Shown in pieces: positions 39,467-49,424 of a DNA stretch of 64,000 nucleotides; within the stretch, counting starts at the first letter, position 1; every line of letters starts with the position of its first letter. The notes under the pieces were generated by a model. That model was not told where the DNA came from, did no database searches, and saw only the letters and a program-made list of their open reading frames with translations. The stretch comes from Candidatus Latescibacterota bacterium (lineage in GTDB: Bacteria; Latescibacterota; UBA2968): positions 2,720,001 through 2,784,000 of the forward strand of contig OZ242311.1 in assembly GCA_965207885.1 (NCBI GenBank). Direction: 5' to 3'. A program made the translations under genes and the position numbers.

Positions 39467-41566
39467 TTAGTATTCGTCCCTTGAATTGTTGTTAAAGTCG
39501 AGGTTGAGTTTGTAATCGCCTTTGCAAATTTCAATCTGGCCGCTATCATAATTGGATTGGATATAAGGGCTGTCGAAAACTTTTGGGTGCTCATAATCGA
39601 CATACTTTCCACCAACTGTAGGCACATCGCTTGTATTGGCCGCATTAAATACCATTTCTGCCATTTCAGGCGCGGCACTCTTGTAAACAACAACAATGCC
39701 TGTTTCTCTTGTTACCACGGTTCTATAGAGTGTGAGTTCGCCCTGCAAAATCATACGCTTAAAATTTTCCAATGTTGGGTGATCTGCCTTGCGACCTGCT
39801 TCTATCAGAACGGGACTGTATCTGTTGGTCAGTTGCAAAATCGTCTGATCGTTATTGAATCTATAGCTGTCGTTTCTAAGAACCACGTTGCCCCGGTATC
39901 TATCGGTCCCTTTTGCCCAGGCTTTGGCATCGGCCTCTGCTTCCAAAAGAATAACCCGTATTGCCACATAGACATTTCTCTTCTCTGCAAATATCCATCC
40001 ATCTGTTTCATCAATACGATCCCATCCGTTGCCTAAGAATAACCCGAATTCCCGATCATACCGATTGTCATTGGCTGGATACCAGTCTGGATTGGATTGT
40101 GCCCAACGTCTTCTTTGTTGGGTGATCAGCACTTGCTTCTGCTGGACGCTGTGATACACCAATTCCATATCGTAGATATTTTCACCTTCGCGTTCTCCTT
40201 CTGGCGTATCCAGTGCAATGGTTGCCAGACGGGTGTTGGGATCTTTGGTCACCAGACCTTGCCAGCGCCCGGCGGTTGATAGGTGGTTGTAAAGCGCATA
40301 AGGGTGATCCATCTGAGTACCCAGCACATAATCTGGCGTTACCCATGTGTATTTGACAAACCGCGATGGCGTATCTCCCATCACGGTGCGCTCCGTGCCC
40401 AATGGACGAGGGCTGGTAGGTTCTTCTTCTCCAATGCCCCGAGAGAGATATGCAAATGACCCGAGCCCTTTTCGATCCAGAGCCAATTCCCATACGATTC
40501 TTGGCCAGGCATAGTCGCTTAAGAGTTGTTGCGGATAGTTGAACGAAGTTTTGCCCTCACCACCCAGATAGAAAATGGCAAGATCCGACATAGAATCGTA
40601 TCCACCAGCAGTCTTGTGGTGGCGCGTTTTGGGACCACCTCGTAAACCTGCAATTTGTAGCTGTGCCCAATCGGCCCACATCAGATCTAAAAACATGCCA
40701 ATTTTCTTTTTAAGTCCCTCATCACCACAGAAATTGTAGAGCATAAGAATATAACTGATGGTGTACTTCATATAGGTAGGCGAACCATTTTCAAGAAAGA
40801 ACCCCCGCTTTGCACGCTCAGTGAAATAGTCATTGAGATAGGGCAACCAGGCATCGTAATGATCGGCTGCGTTATAAGATTTTCCGTCCGCCCAATTTGC
40901 GCGCCCACCACCGTGTCGATCATTGCTGCCCTGCCCACAATAGCTCGACTCGCCGTATCCGATGCCATCTCCATAACCGAGGTCGGGATAAATGCGGTCA
41001 ATATACTCGGGTTCATTGGCAAAAATACGCGCACTTAAAAGATTACAGGCTTTTGTATTCAGGTCGTGATTCTCACTACCCGCGATCCACCAGGTGCTCT
41101 TTTTTGCGACAGAAATATCATTCTTGTACCTGGTTCGCGCCCATAGTAAAGCCAGCAAAATTCGCTCTGTTTCAGGCGTGAGTCGATTTGGCATCTGTGT
41201 ACTTTTAGACCCAAACCAATTGTAGAATGTAATCAGCCTTGGATTGCGCCACAGGCTGTAGAGACTCTGCCCGGGTTGTATGCCTTTCTCCTCACATTCT
41301 GCGAGGTTTGCCAGTTCGGTTTGAAAATCTATTGTCAATTCTTTGTTGACTTCGTTTAGATTTTGGTTGAGCCACATCTGATCAAACATCTGACGGTCTT
41401 TGCCCGAAAAATCTGATTTTGCGCCTGCTTGAAAGGCTTGTTGAATGCGTTGGGGGCGCGTTTCCAATTCTTCTGCCATCAATTCGGTGATACGCTTGTC
41501 GATGGGTGAATCACCAAATTCCAGAAGGGATCGAAACCAACTATTTTTAGCATCTGCTTCGGGCAT
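39467..41566 (-). CDS. Uncharacterised SENH-motif protein, paralog of the 35090 N-terminal module
   Basis: GSENHDL, ADWAQLQIAGLRGG, PDYVLGT, RWQG, KVFDSPY shared with 35090-37759; no signal peptide. Confidence 0.6.
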   Translation of the reverse strand: MPEADAKNSWFRSLLEFGDSPIDKRITELMAEELETRPQRIQQAFQAGAKSDFSGKDRQMFDQMWLNQNLNEVNKELTIDFQTELANLAECEEKGIQPGQSLYSLWRNPRLITFYNWFGSKSTQMPNRLTPETERILLALLWARTRYKNDISVAKKSTWWIAGSENHDLNTKACNLLSARIFANEPEYIDRIYPDLGYGDGIGYGESSYCGQGSNDRHGGGRANWADGKSYNAADHYDAWLPYLNDYFTERAKRGFFLENGSPTYMKYTISYILMLYNFCGDEGLKKKIGMFLDLMWADWAQLQIAGLRGGPKTRHHKTAGGYDSMSDLAIFYLGGEGKTSFNYPQQLLSDYAWPRIVWELALDRKGLGSFAYLSRGIGEEEPTSPRPLGTERTVMGDTPSRFVKYTWVTPDYVLGTQMDHPYALYNHLSTAGRWQGLVTKDPNTRLATIALDTPEGEREGENIYDMELVYHSVQQKQVLITQQRRRWAQSNPDWYPANDNRYDREFGLFLGNGWDRIDETDGWIFAEKRNVYVAIRVILLEAEADAKAWAKGTDRYRGNVVLRNDSYRFNNDQTILQLTNRYSPVLIEAGRKADHPTLENFKRMILQGELTLYRTVVTRETGIVVVYKSAAPEMAEMVFNAANTSDVPTVGGKYVDYEHPKVFDSPYIQSNYDSGQIEICKGDYKLNLDFNNNSRDEY

Positions 41567-41615
41567 ATTATTGCTTCACCTCCAATGGAGCCACAAGAAG
41601 GTATCTCATTTGCGC

Positions 41616-43850
41616 TCACGCTGAGCAGTCCCTGGCGTCTTTTGTACCGGTATCAAATGCCCATCCATCCCACATGTTGTCAGCGGTCGCTGGCACATCC
41701 TCTCGAAAGTTTCGGGTATCGACCCACCACTGACGGTTTGGCGCTGGTCCATGCGACAGGTTAAAATATGGCGTCATACCATCTCGTTGATACTCACAAG
41801 GAACGACGAGACGCACGACAGGGCGATCGCGGTCAGCAGAGCGATTGACACCTCCCCCGTGAACAAGGCGAGGATGCCAGAAAACAACGTCCCCTGCTTT
41901 GCCGGAAAACTCCACTGGTGCAATCTCTCTCAGCACATTGTCACGGGCTTTGCTATATGGCTCTGCGAGGTCGGGGTCAAGGGGACCGTAAACAGTAGTG
42001 TGATACAGGTGACTCATGTAATGTGACCCCGGCCAGATTGTAAAGCCACCACAGTGCGGAGGCACTGTATCTACAAAAACCATTGCAGATAATTGAGCCG
42101 CTGTATGGTCTCCATGGGGGGCTAAACGACTTTCTGAATTTGGTGGTTTTGGAAATATACAATAGACCCCTCGCACCCGGTTTGAACGTTTAACTGGGTC
42201 GCCGATAAACAATGAAACCAACTGCCGCATACGTGGGTGGTTGGCGATCTTATCGACAAAAAAAGGCTCTGTACCAATTTTACGCGAGCGCATCTTCCAG
42301 GTGCCGCGCGCAAATTGCCCTGCCTTTTCGGCATCCGCCTCTGTCCACTGCCCGTGTGGCGCATCGAACCACGTTTGCACATCGTCGCGTTTGACAATCT
42401 CACGCGGCACATTTTCCCAAACATAATCCACGATCCGGTCAAACGTCTCCTTCTCTTGCAGAAATCCGCGTTTCACAAGAAAACCATTCTCTTTGAAAAA
42501 CGCGACTTCGGCTTCACTGAGGGTTGGGTCTCCGTTCAAAAATTCTGGATCGGGCAAGAGGGCGGGGTCTCCGTTCGCAAATTCTGGATCGACCAATACC
42601 TGGGGATCACGGATGACGACGTCTTCGGAAATTCTGAGCGCGTGTAAACCGCTTCCTTCAAATGGCGGCACCAAAAGATTGTAGATTTGTTGCGCTTTCT
42701 CTTTCTGATTCATGCATGCCAATTCGGCTTTCACAGGCTCAAAATCCATATTTAAATAAAGGTAAGCGGCGAGCCTCATACATCTAAATGCAGGCTCCCC
42801 AGAAAAGGGTTGAATCTGTGGAAGCGTCCACTCGCGATCGCCCATCCAGTAGGGATAAAGCCAATCAAAGGCGCGTCGCATGGATCGCCCATCGGTAGAT
42901 TCAAAATTGGCGAGATCAATACCCCACTGTCGGCCAATCTCAGCGAGTTCTAAAAGAAGCTCTAAATTCATACTCGCGTATCCAAGTGCCTTTGTGCGTG
43001 CGAGTTCCAGAGGCTGTTGACCATCTGGCTCAATCTGAGCAGCAATCCTTCTTTCTCCCACCCCTTTTAATATCATTCGCGCAAGATCTGATTGCCCCAC
43101 AAAAAGCGCGAATGTCACAACCTGAATATCATAAGAACTCGAATGGTTATTGCCATGACGCGCTTCGTCAACCCCATAAGGATGCTTCAACATCCATTCG
43201 AGAAACGCGTGAAACCAGGCCTGCAAATCTTCCATATCTTTTTGGGACCAGTTCTTAGAGTCGCGCAAAAAACTGACCGCAGGGAGCATCTCGCGTGCAA
43301 ATGCAGCCGTCTCAATAAGCCCGATACCTCGCCCTTCGCATATCCCGGGTATGGCCTGCCCAAACAAAAGGTTTGGGTTCATCCTGGTTTCGGGATTCAT
43401 AAACCATGTTCGCAACAACAATGCAGCCTGAGCAGCGTAGTCTTCTCGATGTGTAAAACCATACGCTAACCCCAGCGTTTTCACCGTTGAAATGAATTTT
43501 GCCAACAAAGGGCGGTCCGTTTTTTCAACCTCGGGATTGACCTCGCCATCTCGTCGGATATAAGGCAAACCGTCAGGCTTATCGGGGTCTGGCCACCAGT
43601 AAGGTCCAACACTCATGTAATCGTGTTTGTCACCACTGGCAGGCAAGATCGGTTTGTTCACAATGGTCAGCGGTTCCTGCTTCAAAGCGGCATCCGCTTT
43701 CACAAGCAGGGCTTTAAGGGCTTGCCCACACGGGTTATCTTCCCGTTTGCTCAACGAGCGCGCCCGCTTGATATAATCGGGATCTACTGTAAATATAGGT
43801 TCAGCAGGTGAAAACGCCTTGAGCAGATCAGCTTCTTTGTCCGGATACAT
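41616..43850 (-). CDS. Fusion: PL38/alginate-lyase-family domain plus PhyH dioxygenase domain
   Basis: DKHDYMSVGPYWWPDP, YIRRDGEVNP, GNNH, QIEPDG.QP.ELART; then FFKENGF, PHGD, WPGSH, WHPRLVH. Confidence 0.8.
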   Translation of the reverse strand: MYPDKEADLLKAFSPAEPIFTVDPDYIKRARSLSKREDNPCGQALKALLVKADAALKQEPLTIVNKPILPASGDKHDYMSVGPYWWPDPDKPDGLPYIRRDGEVNPEVEKTDRPLLAKFISTVKTLGLAYGFTHREDYAAQAALLLRTWFMNPETRMNPNLLFGQAIPGICEGRGIGLIETAAFAREMLPAVSFLRDSKNWSQKDMEDLQAWFHAFLEWMLKHPYGVDEARHGNNHSSSYDIQVVTFALFVGQSDLARMILKGVGERRIAAQIEPDGQQPLELARTKALGYASMNLELLLELAEIGRQWGIDLANFESTDGRSMRRAFDWLYPYWMGDREWTLPQIQPFSGEPAFRCMRLAAYLYLNMDFEPVKAELACMNQKEKAQQIYNLLVPPFEGSGLHALRISEDVVIRDPQVLVDPEFANGDPALLPDPEFLNGDPTLSEAEVAFFKENGFLVKRGFLQEKETFDRIVDYVWENVPREIVKRDDVQTWFDAPHGQWTEADAEKAGQFARGTWKMRSRKIGTEPFFVDKIANHPRMRQLVSLFIGDPVKRSNRVRGVYCIFPKPPNSESRLAPHGDHTAAQLSAMVFVDTVPPHCGGFTIWPGSHYMSHLYHTTVYGPLDPDLAEPYSKARDNVLREIAPVEFSGKAGDVVFWHPRLVHGGGVNRSADRDRPVVRLVVPCEYQRDGMTPYFNLSHGPAPNRQWWVDTRNFREDVPATADNMWDGWAFDTGTKDARDCSA

Positions 43851-43874
43851 GTGAATACTCCTGTTTTAAGTTGG

Positions 43875-45806
43875 TTATTGTAAATCGATTTCCAGTTGCA
43901 AATAATCGTACATAACGCCAAAGTGAGGGTAGTTCTGTCGTTGCCCGCGGTGTTGTTTCCGTGGGAGGAGGTCGAGCGTCAACACATTCTCTCCTGTGCG
44001 CAACAGCGACGCATCAAACGCGATAAAGTGCTCGCTGAAGCGCCCGTAGATGCCACTGCGGGGAAGCGCACTGTCGTTCTCCAAACCGGTAATCTTATCC
44101 AGAGGTTTGCCATTGAGGCCGATAGCGATTCCCCCATCGCGATTTACCGACGCCAGAGCGATTGTGAGGGTCGCGCGCCCGGACATTGGCTCATCGCATT
44201 GAAATCGAATCTTCCAGGTAGGTAGTCGCCAGTTGCCTTCTCCAGTCCGGTCAGCAGGCTGTATGCGGGGTTGCCATCCGCCTTTTTCTTCCCAAATTGC
44301 CATATGTGCATAATTCCAGTCGCTTCGCTCTTTGCTCTTTCCGACCGCGAAATCGACATCCTCGGGAAAATCCTTCTGGTAATTGAACCATAGCCCCCAG
44401 TGGCGATGGTCATCTCCGCGTCGAAATTCAGCAGCAGTTCGGTCTGGTTTTCCGACACGCCAGAGCAACTTGCCGAAAGAACGGGGTGACCACTGCAGAC
44501 TGCCGAGTTTGACTTCGCCGGTTGCGTCGATCGTGACGTCATCTTTTCTAAACTCACCAATCATGTCAGGGGCAAATGCATAAAGCGTATATCTTCCTTT
44601 TCGGACAGCCGGTATTGCATAGGAACCATCAGCCGCCATCCTGGCGCGGTAGATGTAGTTCTCTGCGCCTTGCTGCTGCCAGTCCAGCCCTCGATATTCC
44701 TGGGGCTGCGCCAGTACGACCCATCCATTGCTGTGGTGTGTTAGACCCGTATCTTTGAATCTTCCCGTAACCACAGCCCTGTCGATCGGGTACTCCGGAT
44801 GTTCCAGCCAGCTGTAGGGCCAGCGCTTTCGATGTTTTTCACCCTCGCGCTTTGCATCATACCACAAATGCCGGGCATCTTCACCTTTGTTCATATAAAC
44901 AAATACCGGCCCGAAGACCTTCTCCCATTTACCGCTGACGTAATCCCCTCTGCTGCCGTAGTGGTGAGAATACAGCAGCTTCAGGATGATCGGCCCCCGA
45001 TCAGTCGCGTGGCTGGTATTGTGTTGTTTTGTCGGACCGCCGCAGAGGTATTCATTGCTCGGCGTGACCATCCACACGCCCTGCTTTCCATTGTGCAAAC
45101 CGTGTACAAGAGCCTCCTGAGTTGGAGATGACCAGTTATACTTTGTATCCACTTCTCCCGATTGGAGCGCATGTGTGGCATCCATCACCATGCCCTTTGC
45201 GCTGGATATTGCCTTGCTATCCGGAATCACACCAGAGAGCTTGTCATTGACCCTGATATTCACCATCGAATCGTTTAGGCGCATCCCAAAACGAAGCTGT
45301 GTCAGCACGGCGTCGCCCGTATCCCCGGGTTTGCTAGCTACAACATAATAATAGAACCCCGAATCACCCGCTCTCAGGACATAATGGAGCTCCATCTTGA
45401 ACGGGAAACCTGCGGGTTGTTTGGGGGTGAATGAAATATCGACCATTTCCGGGTTATTGACGTGGATGTTGAACTCAGGGCTTTGGTCGCGCAAAAACTT
45501 TGCCTTCACGTTCGACTCTTTGCCCGCCATATAGTTTGTTTCCGAATCATCGACATAACTGGCCAGGATGGTGAAATATCCGAACTGTTTGGGAGATAGG
45601 AGAGAGTCCCCCTGATATTCCAACGAGATAATCCGCCCCGTAGATTTTTGGATCGCCATCGAGACGGAACTATTTTTAAGGATGATTCTATTGCCAGATT
45701 CAACAAGCATTGAAACCTCTGCGAAAACCGGCGTGCTGATCATACACTGGATGGATACGAGCAGAATGCACGCCGCGCATCTGCCAAATCCAATTTTTTT
45801 GAACAT
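43875..45806 (-). CDS. Secreted rhamnogalacturonan lyase (PL4-like)
   Basis: Signal peptide; GFYYY, TKYNWS, EYLCGGPTKQ, HYG, VFGP, WPYSW, VGKPDRTAAEF, MYDYLQLE. Confidence 0.85.
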   Translation of the reverse strand: MFKKIGFGRCAACILLVSIQCMISTPVFAEVSMLVESGNRIILKNSSVSMAIQKSTGRIISLEYQGDSLLSPKQFGYFTILASYVDDSETNYMAGKESNVKAKFLRDQSPEFNIHVNNPEMVDISFTPKQPAGFPFKMELHYVLRAGDSGFYYYVVASKPGDTGDAVLTQLRFGMRLNDSMVNIRVNDKLSGVIPDSKAISSAKGMVMDATHALQSGEVDTKYNWSSPTQEALVHGLHNGKQGVWMVTPSNEYLCGGPTKQHNTSHATDRGPIILKLLYSHHYGSRGDYVSGKWEKVFGPVFVYMNKGEDARHLWYDAKREGEKHRKRWPYSWLEHPEYPIDRAVVTGRFKDTGLTHHSNGWVVLAQPQEYRGLDWQQQGAENYIYRARMAADGSYAIPAVRKGRYTLYAFAPDMIGEFRKDDVTIDATGEVKLGSLQWSPRSFGKLLWRVGKPDRTAAEFRRGDDHRHWGLWFNYQKDFPEDVDFAVGKSKERSDWNYAHMAIWEEKGGWQPRIQPADRTGEGNWRLPTWKIRFQCDEPMSGRATLTIALASVNRDGGIAIGLNGKPLDKITGLENDSALPRSGIYGRFSEHFIAFDASLLRTGENVLTLDLLPRKQHRGQRQNYPHFGVMYDYLQLEIDLQ

Positions 45807-45926
45807 TTTGTGTTTTGCTATGAGGCGTTGCACGATGAAATGTCTTGATTGAGGTTCATTTTTGTATGTACTATACGCAGTAGTTTCTACACTTACACTC
45901 AACTCGAAACAATGGGAAGAATATAT

Positions 45927-47336
45927 ATGGCACAAGTACGACCACACATACTCATTCTCACGGCGGACCAGCTACGGGCGGATTCTATGGGCTGCGCCGG
46001 TCATCCGCGGGTCAAAACGCCGGTCATCGACTCGCTTGCCAACGACGGCATGCGGTTCAGCAATTGCCACACCGTGTCGCCGGTCTGCCAGCCGTCGCGC
46101 GTGTCGTTCATCACTGGCACCTATCCTCACAACCACGGCATCTGGTACAACCGCGGCGAACTGCCGATCAACTACCCGACGCTGTTCTCCCAATTGCGGG
46201 ACGCTGGCTACCACACGGCAACCGTCGGCAAGTCGCACCTCTGGAGCCACAGAAAGGTGTCTCATTTGCGCGAAGGCGAGCCGTATATGCAAGCGCTCGG
46301 CTTTGACGTCATCGACGAACTCGGAGGACCGCGGGGGAGTCTCAACTCGGACTCGTACTTCACCGACTACCTGCGCGAGAAGGATCTGTTCGAGCTCTTC
46401 GTCAGCGATACACGCGAACGGGTTCGCGACCCAAAGCTCGTCAAACCAGCGGTGTTTGAGGAGGACGACCACATGGACGGGTACGTGGGCAGGCGTTCGG
46501 TCGAGTTCGTCGATTCTGCGCCCGGGGACCGTCCGACCTGTCTGTCCGTCAATTTCCCCGGGCCACATGACCCGTGGGATGCGCCGGGGAAGTACGCCAC
46601 CATGTACGATCCGGCCGATTCGCCGCCCGCCATCGGCGTGCCGCCGCGACCCGCCACGCTCCCCGACGAAGTCGCCCAGAAGGAGGACTTCAAGACGGAG
46701 CCGGGTCTGACCGCTGAAATCGCCGCCGCGATCCGGGCAAATTACGATGGCAAGATCACATTCGTCGATCACTGGTGCGGTGAGATCCTTGCGGCGTATG
46801 AACGGCGCGGCTGGCTCGATGATCTCTGTGTCGTGTTCTGGTCCGATCACGGCGAAATGACCGGCGATCACGGCAGGGTGTTCAAACGCACCTTTCACGA
46901 ATCTGCATTGCGGGTCCCCCTGATCCTGCGCTGGCCCGGGCGGATACCGTCGGGTACTGTCTGCGACGCACTGGTGGAAACTATCGATGTCGGCCCTGCC
47001 TTGCTGGAAGCCCTGGGGCTCGACCAGTTGCAGATGTCCCTTGGGCAGTCGCTGGGGCATTTGTTCGCGGAGCCGACCGCGCACCACCGCACCGAGGTAT
47101 TGTCAGAGATTTTCTACGGTGGTTCGCGCAATACGATGGTGAAAACCGACCGCTACAAATACGCCATGGATCAGCACGGCAGGGGGTACATGCTGTACGA
47201 TATGCAGCAGGACCCGGATGAGCAGCAAAATCTGATCGGCGATCCCGAGCATCGGGATACGGAGAACGAGATGCGGGACACGCTGCTTCGCCGCCTCGCT
47301 GCCAGCGCGTTTGTCATGGACAGCGTGAACCTTTGA
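45927..47336 (+). CDS. Cys-type sulfatase (choline-sulfatase-like)
   Basis: RPHILILTADQLR, CQPSRVSFITG, GKSH, GPHDP, SDHG. Confidence 0.92.
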   Translation: MAQVRPHILILTADQLRADSMGCAGHPRVKTPVIDSLANDGMRFSNCHTVSPVCQPSRVSFITGTYPHNHGIWYNRGELPINYPTLFSQLRDAGYHTATVGKSHLWSHRKVSHLREGEPYMQALGFDVIDELGGPRGSLNSDSYFTDYLREKDLFELFVSDTRERVRDPKLVKPAVFEEDDHMDGYVGRRSVEFVDSAPGDRPTCLSVNFPGPHDPWDAPGKYATMYDPADSPPAIGVPPRPATLPDEVAQKEDFKTEPGLTAEIAAAIRANYDGKITFVDHWCGEILAAYERRGWLDDLCVVFWSDHGEMTGDHGRVFKRTFHESALRVPLILRWPGRIPSGTVCDALVETIDVGPALLEALGLDQLQMSLGQSLGHLFAEPTAHHRTEVLSEIFYGGSRNTMVKTDRYKYAMDQHGRGYMLYDMQQDPDEQQNLIGDPEHRDTENEMRDTLLRRLAASAFVMDSVNL

Positions 47337-47360
47337 AAACAGCCTCCGAGACCGGCACGT

Positions 47361-48287
47361 CTAATCAGCAACGATTCTCTGATCAGAAGCACGCGTTTCG
47401 CTATTTTCATCCCCAAAAGCCGCGTTGTCTTCGTCGTAATATCTGTTGTATCGTATGTTATTCCCCCCGCTTACCCACACGGCGCGAAACAGCGTTTGCC
47501 GTTTTGGCGGCATTGTAGCAATCACTTCTTTGGGTACGCTGCGACCTCCCCATCTGCTGTTTACGGCATTGTAGAGGTGAAATAAGCTCAACCGCTGGCG
47601 ATTCTCGTTTGTCCACCGAGTACCGGTATGACATAGTGCTTCTGTGAAGATCATCGCAGAACCTGCAGGACATGTATATGTATCCCAAATTTCGCTCTCG
47701 CGGTTGCTCAATGAATCAGGTCGGCTAAATGCCGCCTTGTGGCTACCGGAAGCCAGCAGGGTGCCCCCGTCACCCGGCCCGATCTCATTCAATTCCCAAA
47801 CCACGCGTGTCAATCCTGAATGCACCTTGCCTGGAAGCATCTGGTAGATGTGTGAATTTCCAATGAGATTGAAATAGCCGCTGCCCCCGTGAGGCTTGAA
47901 TCGATCGTATCCCACCTCGCGATAGTCAGTGCGTGTGCGCTCAAATGTAAACCCATAACAGTCCTCGGTTGCCAACTGCTGACTTGCAACAATCTCATTC
48001 AAAATCCCGACAATCACGGGATGATCCAGCAGTGCTTGAGAAGGTCCTCCCACCGGATTCCGTTCTTCTGGCGGAAGCGACTCAGGCTCCTTAACGAGCT
48101 TCATCTGATGTTCGTGAATCTCTGCCAACTGATCGCCTTCAACCAATCCCGGCAGGCAAATCCAGCCCTTCATATCAAACAGGTACTTGTGCTCTTCGGT
48201 CATGGGAATGACCGGGAGCCCATCGGCATTGGTTGTCGGTAACATTTTGCCCACATCAGGCTCCAGGTTTGGACGTCCTCGATTCAT
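47361..48287 (-). CDS. PhyH-family Fe(II)/2OG oxygenase, HGG variant
   Basis: EHKYLFDMKGW, PHGG, SGSHKA, FTEALCHT...QR. Confidence 0.85.
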   Translation of the reverse strand: MNRGRPNLEPDVGKMLPTTNADGLPVIPMTEEHKYLFDMKGWICLPGLVEGDQLAEIHEHQMKLVKEPESLPPEERNPVGGPSQALLDHPVIVGILNEIVASQQLATEDCYGFTFERTRTDYREVGYDRFKPHGGSGYFNLIGNSHIYQMLPGKVHSGLTRVVWELNEIGPGDGGTLLASGSHKAAFSRPDSLSNRESEIWDTYTCPAGSAMIFTEALCHTGTRWTNENRQRLSLFHLYNAVNSRWGGRSVPKEVIATMPPKRQTLFRAVWVSGGNNIRYNRYYDEDNAAFGDENSETRASDQRIVAD

Positions 48288-48315
48288 AGCTAACTCCTTT
48301 CTGTTATTATGGGAA

Positions 48316-49143
48316 TTATTTCCCTTTTGACGTATCTAACCAGCTGAGGCACACCCGTTGTCGAGTGGCGATTTCCTTTTTGTGGGTGTAGTGCGCCGTT
48401 TCGAGCAATTCGAGTGTTTCGGGCGCCAGCCGCTCTTTGACCGCCTCAGGAATGGGACGGCCGGGCTGGCGGTGGTGTGGGCGGTAGCGCAACGTTAACA
48501 CCCGGCGTTGGCGATCGACGGGTTTCCAGGGCAGGACCCCGTGGGTCAGGCATTCGGGTATAATGACCACATCCCCAGCTGAGGGCGTGATATTGATGAC
48601 TCCCAACGGGACTTCTCCTTCGATGCGACCCTGGGAAAATAGCTGCGGTGGCCGGTCAAACTGGCTTTTGTGCGAACCCGGAAGCACGAGGAGCCCGCCA
48701 TCACCTGGATGTACATCGTCCAAGTAGGGAAACACCACAAAGTCGTCGCAATAGATACGGCCCTGGTGTATCTCGTAACGGGCGCTCTCAAAGCCGTAGT
48801 CGTCGCGGGCGCAGTGCAGCGGACTCGCCTCGGTGTGTCCGTCGGGGTCGTCGACCATGAGGGTACCGCTGGCGAGCATAGGTTTGCCGTTTGTCAGCTC
48901 CAGCACGATGGGCCAGACTGCGGGCAGAAAGACCAGCTTTTCCAGCGCCCGGTCAAAGGCGAAGCCGTGAGCAAAGCCCTTGAGATTTTCTGATTGTCCG
49001 AAATGCGGCGGCAGGTCTTCCGGTGCGCTGTCGATGTAGCGCCTGGCAGCCTCCGAAGCCGCATCCAGTTCCTCCGGAGTCAGGACGTTCTTCAGGTGCA
49101 GAAAACCGCATAGATCAAAAAGATAGCGTTGTTCTTCGGTCAT
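48316..49143 (-). CDS. PhyH-family Fe(II)/2OG oxygenase, HCA variant
   Basis: EQRYLFDLCGF, LHCARD, LPGSHKS, PECLTHG...QRR. Confidence 0.85.
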   Translation of the reverse strand: MTEEQRYLFDLCGFLHLKNVLTPEELDAASEAARRYIDSAPEDLPPHFGQSENLKGFAHGFAFDRALEKLVFLPAVWPIVLELTNGKPMLASGTLMVDDPDGHTEASPLHCARDDYGFESARYEIHQGRIYCDDFVVFPYLDDVHPGDGGLLVLPGSHKSQFDRPPQLFSQGRIEGEVPLGVINITPSAGDVVIIPECLTHGVLPWKPVDRQRRVLTLRYRPHHRQPGRPIPEAVKERLAPETLELLETAHYTHKKEIATRQRVCLSWLDTSKGK

Positions 49144-49424
49144 TATCGTCAGCCTTGCCTTTCGTCAAAACAGTGAATTTGGACCCCTTAGAATCAAAGA
49201 AGCTATTTTCCGTTGTTGTTATAGTCCCACCGCGAACACTCACGCACCATCGGCAGTGGGCGAGATGTAAAATCATCTTTGAACAGTTTCTAAACTCTGT
49301 TAAGTTTTTTGTTATGATCTTGCCCAGTTTCCAACCCTATTGAGGCTTAAGTCTATGAAACCCATGGCGCGTTTGTCGTTTTGCATACCTGCAGATCAGC
49401 GAGTAGATTTCCAGGAGGCCTTCC

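Noticed and set aside
39433-39696. N-terminal extension of RhaM
   Set aside because: Overlaps the upstream gene; AGGAG supports ATG 39432 and the canonical 104-aa length
45972-47087. 371-aa antisense ORF, and similar long ones at 17463-18362, 30972-31772 and 54530-55399
   Set aside because: Shadow frames of GC-rich genes with clear motifs on the opposite strand
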